The notes under the pieces were generated by a model. That model made no database searches. It worked only from the letters and a program-made list of their open reading frames with translations, and was not told where the DNA came from. Positions 30,224-40,520 of a stretch of 64,000 bases of DNA are shown one piece after another. Each line of letters begins with the position of its first letter. Within the stretch, counting starts at the first letter, position 1. This DNA comes from Dehalococcoidia bacterium. GTDB lineage: Bacteria; Chloroflexota; Dehalococcoidia; UBA2979. Position numbers and translations under genes: made by a program. The stretch spans positions 2,528,001 to 2,592,000 of the forward strand of contig OZ244720.1 in assembly GCA_965219085.1 (NCBI GenBank). Reading direction: 5' to 3'.

Positions 30224-31987
30224 GTCCGGCTGCGAGCACCCTGGAGGTGCTGAGCCGGCTGGCCGCGATGCCCTTCCTCGACCGGCTGGAGCTGGTCGCC
30301 GTCTCCGGCTGGTCGAGGGGCGCGGTCTACGAGGGCGTCCGTCGCCTCGAGGACGCCGGGCTCGCCGCCTCCGTTCCGCACGCCACGGAGCTGATCGCTC
30401 CCACGCGCAGGTTCCACCTCACCGCTGCCGGCGTGCGCGCTCTCGCCCTCGAGGAGGGGATGGTCGAGGAGGAACTGTTGCGCCAGCGCCCCGTCTCCTC
30501 GCAGTGGCAGCGCATCCTGCTGGAGCGCCTCGACTCGGTGGCCGCGATCTACCGGCTTGCGTGCGCAGCAGCGCATCCTGCTGGAGCGCCTCGACTCGGT
30601 GGCCGCGATCTACCGGCTTGCGTGCGCAGTCTCCGAGGTGGGCTGGCCCATTCGCTTCCGCTGGTACCGCGGCCTGCCGCTGGACGCGGCCATCGCGCTG
30701 CCTGGCGGGCGCTACGTCGGCGTCGTGCGGCTCGGCCGCAGCGGAGACCGCACGGGCATCGCCAACCGGCTCTGGCGGCTGCGCGCGGGGTCGCTCCCCG
30801 GCGCGGTGCTGCTCCTCGTCCCGGACGAGGTGCACCTCCGTCATGCGCGCGGGTTGCTGGCCGGCTTCCCCGTGCCCGCCGTCCTGGCGTTTGAGCGCGA
30901 GGCGGTTGTCGCCCCCAGCGATGCGGTCTGGCGGCTGCCCTCGGTCAACGTTGCCATCCCTCTCGGCACAGTCCTCGACCGGGCGGTTCCGCACGGCGTG
31001 CTGCCCGAGGAACGACCGCTCGCACGCGCGGCGCCGCCCACCAAGCTGGCCCTCGATGCGTCGGGGCGTGACGTGCCCAAGTGCCTGTTGCCCGCCCTGC
31101 TCAGGCCCGCCGAGAAGCGCGCGCTCGACTTGCTCGCCGACTGGCCATGGCTGAGCCCGGAGCACCTGCGGGCTCTGCTCGGCGTCTCGCGCGCGCGGAC
31201 GGCGCAGATCACCTCGGCCTTCCGGGACCACCGACTCGCGGCGCGCGTGCCCTCCGCCAACGGCCGTCTCGTCCTCACCGAGCGTGGGCTGACGCTGATC
31301 GCCCGGCGCGACCGCACCTCCGTCGGCCTCGCGAGGAAGCGCTGGAGCGCCGCGCCGCTGGACGGCGGCGCCGCGGGCGGCTGGCGCGATGTCGCCGGGC
31401 GGCGCAGCCGGCAGTTGCTGCGCAACATCGAACACACCGCCGCGGTGCACGGCTTCATCGCGGCGCTCGCCGCGCAGTCGCGCGCCCTCGGCTGGGATCT
31501 CGTCCAGTTCGACCCACCGCACCGCGCCTCGTGCTACTTCCGCCACGACGGACGCCTGCGCTCGGTCCTCCCCGACGCCTTCGCAGTGCTGCGCCGCGAG
31601 AATGCGGTGTGGCCGTGCTTCGTCGAGTGGGAGCGGCGCGCGGTGCGCCCGAGCACGATGGCGGCAAAGCTCGCGCCCTACCTGCGCTACTACGCTTCGC
31701 CGCGGCCCACCGACGACCACGGCGCCCGGCCCGCCGTGCTCGTCGTCTTCGGCGACGATCTCGCCGCGCACCACTTCCTGCGCGTGGCCCGGCAGGAGAT
31801 GGACCGCACCGGCGTCGACCTGCCGCTGCGGGTCTCGCACGCGAGCCTCGTTGACGCGGAGGGGCCGCTGGGACCGGCGTGGCTCACGCCTGGGGGCGGC
31901 TGGGAGCCCTGCTCGCCCGACCTCCCTATGATGGTTCGTGACGGCAATCGATCGGAGCACGCCACTGGACTGGGCGACCATCGTTGA
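30220..31987 (+). pseudogene. Replication-relaxation (Replic_Relax-like) protein, frameshifted by a 61-bp tandem duplication
   Basis: wHTH-like segments, EHTAAV, LPDAF, FVEWER, KLAPY motifs; frame changes at the duplication. Confidence 0.75.
30507..30628 (+). repeat. Perfect 61-bp tandem duplication
   Basis: GCAGCGCATCCTG..GCGTGCGCA at 30507-30567 and 30568-30628. Confidence 0.95.
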
Positions 31988-32667
31988 CATCGAGGCTGGC
32001 ATCGCCAACTGCGAACTCTGCCGCGATCGATCCGCCGGCGAGCGCGTGTCGCCGCAGTCGAGTTGGATCGGACGTGACTACGCGCCTAGAGGCGTCGCGT
32101 TTTGTGCTCCAGAACCCCGTTGCGCCCCCGGACCGCGATGCATGGGCCAGGCGCGACGACGCCCTCACGCTCCTGCTACAGCAGTTCAGCGCGGAGCCAA
32201 CCGCGCCGCAGTACCATCAGCTCGTGGCGGAAGTGCACGCCCAGATGCTGGGCCGCGATGATCGCAGCACCGAGGCGTGGGAGACCTGGACCGATCTGGT
32301 CGGCAGGTGCGTCGAGGGTTGCCTCGAGCCAACGCATCTCGCGTGGATGAACGTGGCGAAATACCGCAGACCGCGGCAGCAGAACCTGCTTGGCGAAGAG
32401 CGGAATCACGGCGTCTACCATCTGCGCGAGGAGCTTCGAGTACTGCAGCCACGCCTCATCGTGACGGCTGGCCGGGAGGCCCAGCAGGCCGTGCGCCGCA
32501 TCGAGGGTGAGTGGGCTGAACCGCTCTACGTGCCACTACAGAATCCACAGCCGAGTCAGACGCTCGCAGTGTTGAGTCGGATCCAGCGCGAGCGGCTTTG
32601 CCGCCGGGAGCCGACGGGCAAGAAGGCACGCAAGCGCGCCACCCACGCAAACCGAATCGGGCGGTGA
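31938..32667 (+). pseudogene. Uracil-DNA-glycosylase-fold protein, copy 1 (+1 frameshift ~32102)
   Basis: Near-identical to 42832-43560; extra T in GCGTTTTGTG versus GCGTTCGTG. Confidence 0.75.
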
Positions 32668-32689
32668 TGGCTGGACCGAGGAACTGCCG

Positions 32690-33460
32690 ATGTCGACACT
32701 GATCGAGCACCTGCGATCCTTCAACCGGAAGGAGCGCTTCATCCTGCTCCGCGAGGCGCTCGGTAGCGACACCGTCGGCGACGCGTTCCGCCGGCGACTC
32801 GGGGACTCCATTGGCAAAGCGGTGCCCGACGATGCGTTCGTCGCGATGGACTACCACCTCGACTGGCTGCAGATGGCGCTCTATCTGGCGGCCACTCCCT
32901 CCCCGCCGGAGCGAATCCCCAACGACCAGCTCGTCTCCGGCAACCAGGAAGACGCCGACCTGCTCGTCGCGTTCAATGGCGACTCGACGACGCACGTCGT
33001 CCTGATTGAAGCCAAGGTGGAGGCGAACTGGACGAACAGGCAGCTCAACTCGAAGGCCGGGCGGCTCAGCCGGATCTTCGGGAAAGCCCGGCCCGGCGTT
33101 CACCTCGCAACGCCTCACTGCGTGCTGGCATCACCCGAACCGCCCCCTCCGGGCATCAGCACTGCCGAGTGGCCCGAGTGGATGAAACCGCGTGGCGAGC
33201 CGGTCTGGATGGAACTCGAACGACCTGCCGGGCTGAAGAAGCCGACGCGCTGCACGGCGCGCGGCAGGACCTCGAGGCGGGGCCGCTTCGTGCGCATCGA
33301 CTCGTTGAGCGGCGGAGACCAGCCGGAGGCGCCGGGCGTCGGTCCGCGCGAGATCCCGCACAACGGCCAGACGTACACAGTCGACGCCGCAGGCTTCGTC
33401 CTGCTGGCCTCGGGCCGGCGCGACAAGCGCTACAGGTACCCGCTCGGCAAGCGCCCCTGA
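32690..33460 (+). CDS. Putative PD-(D/E)XK nuclease, copy 1
   Basis: QEDADLLVAF..VVLIEAK..W..QL..K pattern. Confidence 0.65.
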   Translation: MSTLIEHLRSFNRKERFILLREALGSDTVGDAFRRRLGDSIGKAVPDDAFVAMDYHLDWLQMALYLAATPSPPERIPNDQLVSGNQEDADLLVAFNGDSTTHVVLIEAKVEANWTNRQLNSKAGRLSRIFGKARPGVHLATPHCVLASPEPPPPGISTAEWPEWMKPRGEPVWMELERPAGLKKPTRCTARGRTSRRGRFVRIDSLSGGDQPEAPGVGPREIPHNGQTYTVDAAGFVLLASGRRDKRYRYPLGKRP

Positions 33461-33950
33461 GGACCGCCGGCGCTGCGCCCGGGTGACCACGGTGGCCCGT
33501 CAACACCGGCTCGGCACCTCCGGCTATCCCCGCGCCGCAGTTGATCGACTCGCCTCAGCAGCGCCGTGATGAGTCCAGACTCGATCGCTTGCGCGAGGGA
33601 GCCTTCGGCAAAGCGGTCCCGGCGGATCACCACCGTCAGGAGCCGTGCGAGGTCGAGCACGGCCGCCTGTTTGAGCATCCCGCGGTCATCCCGAAGGCAC
33701 CGAGCCTCCGGCGTCTCCGCCCACGCGGACCAATCGAAGTCGGGGCCCACCCAGCCGTCGCGATAGGCCACCTCAACGAACCGGGAGGTGAGTTCCGTGG
33801 GAGAGAACCGGGCATCGTGAAGCTGCCGGGCTCCACCTCGTTCCCACCTTGCCAATTCCCGAAGTCGGCGTCGGGGGCCTCGAAGGCCGGAAGGAGGGCC
33901 GCCAAGCCATCAAGCCGCGGTTCGGCCAGCTCGCCGCGTTGATCGGTCAA
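33430..33950 (-). pseudogene. DUF6508-like protein, frameshifted
   Basis: FDW..W, LLTVVIRRDRFAEGSL..AIESG motif; frame change near 33810; TTG start after GGGAGG. Confidence 0.6.
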
Positions 33951-34175
33951 GGTACGAGTCCTCCCGTGCCGCGCGCCTCGTCGGACCTCGTGGCGAACGC
34001 TTGGCGCCGCGACCGCCGCCATCCGCTCCATGCGCCATCAGGTCCATGATCGTGTCGGCGTCGTCGATCACGCTGCGGTCGGGTCCGCGCAGCCGCAGAC
34101 TATAGCGCGCCTGGGGCAACGACCATCAGGCGCGCGACCCGCCTGGCGGGCGCACTCGCTGGCGACTCCGCTCCG

Positions 34176-34466
34176 CTATCTACCGGTCGCGTCCAGATCC
34201 GCCCCGGCAGGCAGATCCCGGTCGGGGCGCACCAGGATGCCCTGTAGCCCGAGCGCCGCGGCGATCGTGACCAGTGCGTACAGGTGCCCCGAGGCGGGCG
34301 CGACGCCCCGTCGCCACTCGCGGAGCCGGTAGGGCCGGACGCCGAGCAACCGCGCTAGCGATCGCACGCCGAGCCCGGACGCCACGCGGAACTCCTCGAT
34401 CCGCTCCCCGAAGTCGTCCGGGAGGTCGGAGACGACGGGCCGATGCACCAGCGTCCGGGTCGACAC
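34176..34466 (-). CDS. XRE-family HTH protein
   Basis: FGERIEEFRVASGLGVRSLARLLGV..LREWRRG. Confidence 0.75.
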   Translation of the reverse strand: MSTRTLVHRPVVSDLPDDFGERIEEFRVASGLGVRSLARLLGVRPYRLREWRRGVAPASGHLYALVTIAAALGLQGILVRPDRDLPAGADLDATGR

Positions 34467-34467
34467 G

Positions 34468-34758
34468 TCAGGAACCCCCGCGTCCGTCCTGCGAGCCGCT
34501 GTCGTCGTCCCGCAGGATCGCGGCGCCGCCCGGGATGCGGTCGGCGAGCAGGAACAGCGCGGCCATCGCGAAGCCGTTCGGCAGCGTGCCCTTGCGCCAG
34601 CGCTGCAGCTGGCGCGGATCGACGCCCAGGCAGGCCGCCAGCCCATCCCAGGGAAGGCCGAGCGCCTGCTTGAGGCGAGCGAGGCGCGCCGGGAGGTCGT
34701 TCACGACGGGCGTCGCGTCGACGAACAGGTGCGACGGGGGGTAGGAGCTGCGCCTCAT
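34468..34758 (-). CDS. XRE-family HTH protein
   Basis: RLARLKQALGLPWDGLAACLGVDPRQLQRWRKG. Confidence 0.8.
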   Translation of the reverse strand: MRRSSYPPSHLFVDATPVVNDLPARLARLKQALGLPWDGLAACLGVDPRQLQRWRKGTLPNGFAMAALFLLADRIPGGAAILRDDDSGSQDGRGGS

Positions 34759-34943
34759 ACCGCGCCATCCTCCTCACCGGCCGGCTTCGTGGCGGTAGCG
34801 CTGCAGCGCGTCGACGGCGCCGCGGCCGGATCGCCGTCGGGATGGTCCATGTAGAGGTGAGGATGGGCGAGCGCGTGGCGCGCGATGATGCGGGCCAGCC
34901 GGCGCAGGCCGTCGAGGCGCATCCGCTCCCGCTCGTCGTCCAT
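34755..34943 (-). CDS. Small hypothetical protein divergent from recombinase
   Basis: MDDERERMRLDGLRRLARIIAR; ATGA overlap with next gene; paralogue at ~44842-45026. Confidence 0.55.
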   Translation of the reverse strand: MDDERERMRLDGLRRLARIIARHALAHPHLYMDHPDGDPAAAPSTRCSATATKPAGEEDGAV

Positions 34944-35369
34944 CCGTGGCTGCGTATCCACACTCGTCTCCAGTGGGCGCGCCAACTGCGCCCTCGAATC
35001 GCGACCGTTCACGGAACGGCTGTCCCATGCACGTGAGCGTCCGCGATGGACGACCTCGACACCATCCCCTGCAAGGGGATTGCACGCGTGAAATGGTCTC
35101 GACCGTCGCTCCGTAGCCATGTCCGTCTCCCGCGCGCGCGGGCGGTGCCGGTGATGGCCAGCCCGCCGCGGCTGGAGTATGCTCGTGGTGAAACATACGT
35201 ACGTATCGTAGCCCCCGCGCGGCGGCAGGGCAGTCCCTCCGACGGGCGATCGGCGCGATTCCCGGGAATCGCTAGCTGCGATGTAGCTGGAGTGCGACAA
35301 ACGTTTACAGCGGAGCCGCAGCAGGCCGGGCCGACCGGTAGATTGGCCCCGAGCGAGGAGCACGAATCG

Positions 35370-37000
35370 ATGCCAGAACGAACCGAACCCACCCCCGCCG
35401 CCCTCTAGGCGCGCGTCTCCAGCGACCGCCAGGACGTCGACCTCTCCGTCTCCGCGCAGCTCCGCGCGCTGCGCGACTACGCCGAGCGCAACGGCTACGC
35501 CGTCGTCCGCGAGTATGTCGACGAGGCGGAGAGCGGCCGCATCGCCGACCGCCCGCAGTTCACGAAGATGCTCGACGCCGCACGCGAGCCCGACGCGCCG
35601 TTCCGTGAGATTCTCGTGTGGAAGTTCTCGCGCTTCACCCGCAAGCGCGAGCACGCCGTCGCCTTCAAGTCGATGCTGCGCCGCCGCGGGATCAGGGTGA
35701 CCTCGATCACCGAGCACGCCGACGACTCCCCGACCGGCAAGCTGATGGAGGCGATCATCGAGAGCGTCGACGACTTCTACTCCGAGAATCTTGCTCAGGA
35801 AGTGATGCGCGGTCTCCGCGAGTCCGCCTCGCGCGGCTTCTGGGTCGCACTGCGCCCGCCATACGGTTATCGCAAGGTCAAGGTCCACGACGGCCCGAGG
35901 GAGCGCCCGAAGCTCGAGCTGAACCCGCCCGCCGACGGCCTGGTGCGGCGCACCTTCGAGATGGCGCTCGCGGGCCGCAGCGTGCTCGACATCAGCAAGA
36001 CGTTCAACGCCGAGGGCATTCCCAGTCCCGGGGGCAAGCGCTGGAGCAAGACGACGATCCACCAGATGCTCTCCAATGAGACGTACGCCGGCACGCTGCA
36101 GTGGGGCGTCACCGCAAAGGACGGGCTGCCGCCGGTCCGCGTCGAGGACGCCTTCCCCGCCGTCGTCTCGAAGGACGAGTTCCGGCAAGTCGCCGCCCTC
36201 CTGCGCGCGAAGGCGCCCGCGCAGGTCCACCCCCGGCGTTCCGGCAGCCCCTATCTGCTGAGCGGGCTGGTGCGGTGCCGGAAGTGCCGCCGCGCGCTCA
36301 CGGGGGCGGAGGCGAAGAGCGGGAAGTACAGCTACTACGTCTGCCAGTCCCTCTTGAAGCGGGGCAGCGGCACCTGCGAGACGCCACGCCTCAACGCGCA
36401 GCGCTTCGAGCGGCTGATCGTCGAGCAGATCCGGGAGCACATCCTCACCGAGTCCAACATCCGCGACCTCGTGCGCCTCGTCGACGAGGAGATGGACGGC
36501 GTGGCCCGAGAGGAGCGGGCAAGCTGGAGAGCGTCGAGGCCGAGCTGGCCGAGGTGCGCCGCAAGATGGACCGGCTGTGGCACGCGGTCGAGACCCCCGA
36601 CCTCGAGGTCAACGACATCCTGCCGCGGCTCCGGCAGCACCAGGAGAGTCAGGAGCGCCTCGAGGCTGCGGCCGAGGAGACGCGGAGGAGCTTGGCGGAG
36701 CGCCGCGCGGTGCTGGACAGTGCAGAGGTGATCGCAGCGTTCGCGCGCGAGATGAGCGAGTTCCTGAGGACCAGCGAGCTGACCGAATCGAAGGCGTTCA
36801 TCCGCTCCTTCGTGCAGGAGATCGCGGTGAGGCCCGGGACGGCGACGATCCGCTACACGATCCCGACGCCGCCGGACAGCCCGATCGGCGGGCGGGACGC
36901 AGCCGAGGTCGAGTTGCCAGAGGCAGTTCGCAGTACAGTCAGCTTTGGCTGGCCAAAGAAGACTGTACTGCGAACTTTTGAACTGAGCGTGGCGCTGTAA
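35370..37000 (+). pseudogene. Large serine recombinase (integrase), inactivated
   Basis: AAL*ARVSS (TAG at 35406 in place of Y of YARVS), SRFTR, PYGY, CRKC..YYVC Zn ribbon, coiled coil; frameshift ~36518. Confidence 0.92.
36925..36976. other. attP-like palindrome inside the 3' end of the recombinase gene
   Basis: AGTTCGCAGTACAGTC-AG-CTTTGGC-[TG]-GCCAAAG-AA-GACTGTACTGCGAACT: perfect 16-bp and 7-bp inverted repeats around a central dinucleotide. Confidence 0.85.
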
Positions 37001-37107
37001 CGGGAGCCCTGTGCGCGGCATGCGCTCGCACCGGACGCGGTGCTTCGTTGGCTGGCGCGCCGGAATGTGATGGGCTTGCTGCGCTTCGAATCAGCGAGGC
37101 TAGGCGG

Positions 37108-37467
37108 TCACGGCGCACCCTGCGGGCGTGGGCCAGCGTGCTCGCTGCAGGCGCGGGCCGCCGCTCCGCCGATGAATCGCACAAGGGCTAGAGCAAGGTC
37201 CCGCTCGGCCTCGTGCTCGCCGTACGGGTCAGGGTCGGGAGCGGGTTCGCCGAGGTCGCGCGCAACGGCGTCCCCTGTGGCCTGAATGTGTGCGTGCCGG
37301 AGGGTGATCGCCACCCTCTCTAGGGCGATCGCCAGCAGGCGCAAGTCTCCCGTGATCTCGACATCCCCCTCACCCCGAGCGTCGATGCTCGTGCCGTCGG
37401 TATCGCGATCGAGCACCACGCGCAGCGTCAGTGCCGGTACCATGAGTAACTCCGCTCCTGACGCCAA
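37108..37467 (-). CDS. Hypothetical protein
   Basis: 119-aa ORF; likely true start ATG at 37443 after AGGAG. Confidence 0.45.
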   Translation of the reverse strand: MASGAELLMVPALTLRVVLDRDTDGTSIDARGEGDVEITGDLRLLAIALERVAITLRHAHIQATGDAVARDLGEPAPDPDPYGEHEAERDLALALVRFIGGAAARACSEHAGPRPQGAP

Positions 37468-38184
37468 AGGCGGCGAGCGTCGCGGGCGGCGTCCTCCGCA
37501 TGGTAACCGCGGCGAACCGCAGCCCCGGCTTCACTTGGAGGCTGCCGGTTGCTCTCCCCCTTCTACAGCGGTTCTCCAACCTCCGTCTTCGCCTGGACCG
37601 CGCCAGCTAGACCGGCACGATCGCATCGAAGACCGAACGCACCTCGGCCGCAGCCAGTCCTCCCAGCACGACCAACGCGGTCGCCGCCACCAGCGTGAGA
37701 ACCGCCATCAATGCTGCGTATGGTCTCTCACCACCTGCGTGGAGCCTGATGGCCGTCGTGAGCCATCACGCGACGCGCAGCACAGCGAACACCGCACCCC
37801 CGAAGTACCACGCGAAAGATTCGCTCATTGCTCCTCCTCTTCCCTGCCCCCGCGCGGTGGGGGATCGACCGCGACCGGTTCCACGACCGCCGTACCTGGC
37901 CTCAGCCAAGTCGCCACTCACCCCCCGTGCGCGTGGCCACCGCCTCGCGGCAGCGCCCTCATGCCTCGATCCCTCGCGCTGCTTCCCGCGCTTGGTGAGC
38001 AGTGCACCCGGACTTCCCCTGAGGTGCGTTACGGCCTGACGGGAACACGTCGCGAATCGCCCTTACGTGCCCGGCGGTTGAAGGGTCCCGCATCATCGTC
38101 CGGCTGGCTTGCCCGCGCTCGACCCATCACCCGGGACTTCCGCGAGCGCCGACGTTGCATCCCGGACCCGAGCCAATACATGCA

Positions 38185-38830
38185 TAGGTCCCTGCGTATC
38201 GGCGCGAAGGTTGCTGGCCGGGTTTCCCGTGCCCGCCGTTCTGGCCCTCGAGCGGGAGGCGACTCACGCTCCCGATGACGCGATCTGGCGGCTAACGCTG
38301 TCATCCCTCTCGGCGCAGTCCTCGACCGAGCAGTCCCGCACGGCGTGCTGCCGGAGGAGCGGGCCGCCCGCACGCCTGACGCCGCCCGCCGTCCTGTCCG
38401 TCGATGCATCGAGGTGGGACGTGCCCAAGTGCCTGCTGCCGACGCTGCTCAGGCCCGCTGAGAGGGCGCGCTCGACCTGCTCGCCGATTGGCCGTGGCTC
38501 AGCCCCGAGCACCTGCAGGCGCTGCTCAGTGTTTGGCGTGCGCGGACCGCGCAGATCGCCTCGGCCCTCCGGGACCACGGACTCGCGCCGCGCGTGTCGG
38601 CGGCCAACGGGTGCCTCGTCCTCACCGAGCGCGGTCGGCCTACCGACAACCATGGCGTTCGGCCCAATATCCTTGTCGTCTTCAGCGACGAACTCGCTGT
38701 GCACCACTTCCTGCGCGTGGCGCTGGAAGAAATCGGACGCACGGGCGTTGATCTGCCGCTGCGGGTCTCGCACGCGAACCTCGTTGAGGCCGAGGGGGCT
38801 GCTAGGGGCGGCCTGGCTGACGCCTGGGAA
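38185..38830 (+). pseudogene. Degenerate replication-relaxation gene remnant
   Basis: Patchy similarity to 30830-31890 (LLAGFPVPAVL, DVPKCLLP, VVFSDELAVHHFLRVA) with deletions and frameshifts. Confidence 0.8.
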
Positions 38831-38880
38831 CCGGGCTTTGCGTTCGGGAGCCGCTGATCCGCCCGGACGGTGTCCGCTCG

Positions 38881-39729
38881 TTACGCATCCCGCAGCTCCG
38901 GCAGCGCGGCGCGGGTACCGACAACGAGGCCGGCATCGCGCACCTGCGCGATGAGCTGTTCCCAGAGCCCGCGCAGCGTCTCGGGATCGAGGCCGCACGT
39001 CCGCTTGTGATTCTGCGCCAGCGTCCTGGTGAAGTACCGCTCGTCGAGTTCGATGCTCGGCCGCTCGAAGCCAGCATCGCGCCCGGCGCGCATGGCTGGG
39101 AAGAAACTGAACATCCCGTTGACCGGGTCGTCCCGCGTCGCTCCCCGGTAGAGCATGAGCGTCGACTCCTCGCCGTTGTCCACGAGCGGGCCGCCGGTCA
39201 CATCGAGGAAGGTGCCGGGTACCCAGTCCGCCAGCACGATGCGCGCCTCCGGCGCGGCATAGTCGACGTAGTCGGCGACGACCAGCACGGTGTCGAGCAC
39301 CCAGCCGCCTCTCTTGCTCCCGAACGCGATCACAGAGCCGCGCCCGAGGCGCCGCAGGCCGGGTCTCGTCGGCTGTAGGCAGTTCGAGTAGAGGAAGCGC
39401 TCGCCAAAGATGAACGGGTCGGTGTTGTGCAGGCGCTCATAGCCGCTCCGGGGGATCACGTAGTGCGGCATCCAGAGGTGCCTCGGGAGCCCGGGGGCAC
39501 CGGACGGGTCGAGATCGCGGATCAGGTCTGATTGGGCCTCCCACTCGCCCCACGCCCACAGGTCGCCCTCGTGGACGCGGCCGTCATCCGCGATCCAGTT
39601 GCCCTGGACCTGCATGAACTTCCGCGCGTGCCGGCTGTCGTACGTGTTCCATGGTTTCTCGCCGAGGCGATCCGGCAAGTGTTCACCGCCTGGATGCGGG
39701 AACTGCACAAAGCAGGCGCTATCGCTCAC
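38881..39729 (-). CDS. Hypothetical protein, possibly nucleotide-modification-associated (Nmad-like)
   Basis: FVQFPHPGGEH, WGEWE, NTDPFIFG..FLYSNC..L.RGSVIAFGS; GTG start overlaps upstream stop by 11 nt. Confidence 0.6.
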   Translation of the reverse strand: MSDSACFVQFPHPGGEHLPDRLGEKPWNTYDSRHARKFMQVQGNWIADDGRVHEGDLWAWGEWEAQSDLIRDLDPSGAPGLPRHLWMPHYVIPRSGYERLHNTDPFIFGERFLYSNCLQPTRPGLRRLGRGSVIAFGSKRGGWVLDTVLVVADYVDYAAPEARIVLADWVPGTFLDVTGGPLVDNGEESTLMLYRGATRDDPVNGMFSFFPAMRAGRDAGFERPSIELDERYFTRTLAQNHKRTCGLDPETLRGLWEQLIAQVRDAGLVVGTRAALPELRDA

Positions 39730-40486
39730 GCTGCCACGCCTCCACCACGCTCGCGCCCAGTTCGCGCTTCTGCCCGGCGGTGATCGTAAGCGGCGTCCTC
39801 CCCGCAGGACAGAAGACGAACAGCGCCCGGGCGCTGCCGACCTCGTACCAGCGCGACTCCACCTCGTAAGGGCGCCTACGGATCTCACCCCCACCTGTTC
39901 GCTCGAAGGTGTGAACGGTCTGCCACTCGCTGATGGCGTCGAATCGGATGCGATCGAGGTGGCGCCTCGCCACCGAGAGGACCACGACATGCGGCCGCAA
40001 CGTCTCCACCAGCGCGTGCCACAGGGGACCGCCGCCGCCTTCGAGCGTCGCACGCTCGGCCTCTGTGAGGCTGCTCCAGGTCGGGTTGGTGGCTACGGGC
40101 GAGCAGATGTCGGTGTGCAGGGCGGTGGAGGCCTCGCCGTCGTAGTAGCTTGCAGACGCGCCATTGAGCAGCGGCTCGAAGTGCCTGAACCAGTTGCGGT
40201 AGGGATCGGTTCGGAAGTACGCCGAGAGTGCATCAATGTAGCGACCGTCGTCCTTCGGCGTGACGCCCGCAGCGAGCGGGAACCGCCGGAAAGGGTCCTC
40301 GGCAGGAAACTCTTCCAGCGAGGGATTCAGCCCGACGGTCAGCATCCGCAGTGGCGAGGAGCGGTATGCGGCGAGGTCGCCGAAGAAGAGGATGGGGCTG
40401 GCCGGGCCCACGCGAGCTGGCAGGGCCGCAGCACGCTCGAACGCGCGCCATGCCTCATCTACCAGTTCACCGACGCTCACCTGCAT
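39719..40486 (-). CDS. Divergent UDG-superfamily protein
   Basis: PILFFGD, LTVGLNPS (GxNP motif), HTDI..P.AT, LRPHVVV. Confidence 0.6.
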   Translation of the reverse strand: MQVSVGELVDEAWRAFERAAALPARVGPASPILFFGDLAAYRSSPLRMLTVGLNPSLEEFPAEDPFRRFPLAAGVTPKDDGRYIDALSAYFRTDPYRNWFRHFEPLLNGASASYYDGEASTALHTDICSPVATNPTWSSLTEAERATLEGGGGPLWHALVETLRPHVVVLSVARRHLDRIRFDAISEWQTVHTFERTGGGEIRRRPYEVESRWYEVGSARALFVFCPAGRTPLTITAGQKRELGASVVEAWQRER

Positions 40487-40520
40487 CCTCACCCCTACCG
40501 CCGGCTAATCTCAGCGTCGG

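Noticed and set aside
17040-35408. Amber recoding suggested by in-frame TAG in the IS5 transposase and the recombinase
   Set aside because: The two TAGs replace different residues (W and Y), each by a single substitution, and TAG ends many normal genes here.
37607-37827. Small membrane-protein ORF on the minus strand with a good RBS (MSESFAWYFGG..)
   Set aside because: Interrupted by TGA after 20 codons and no recognisable family; too weak to list.
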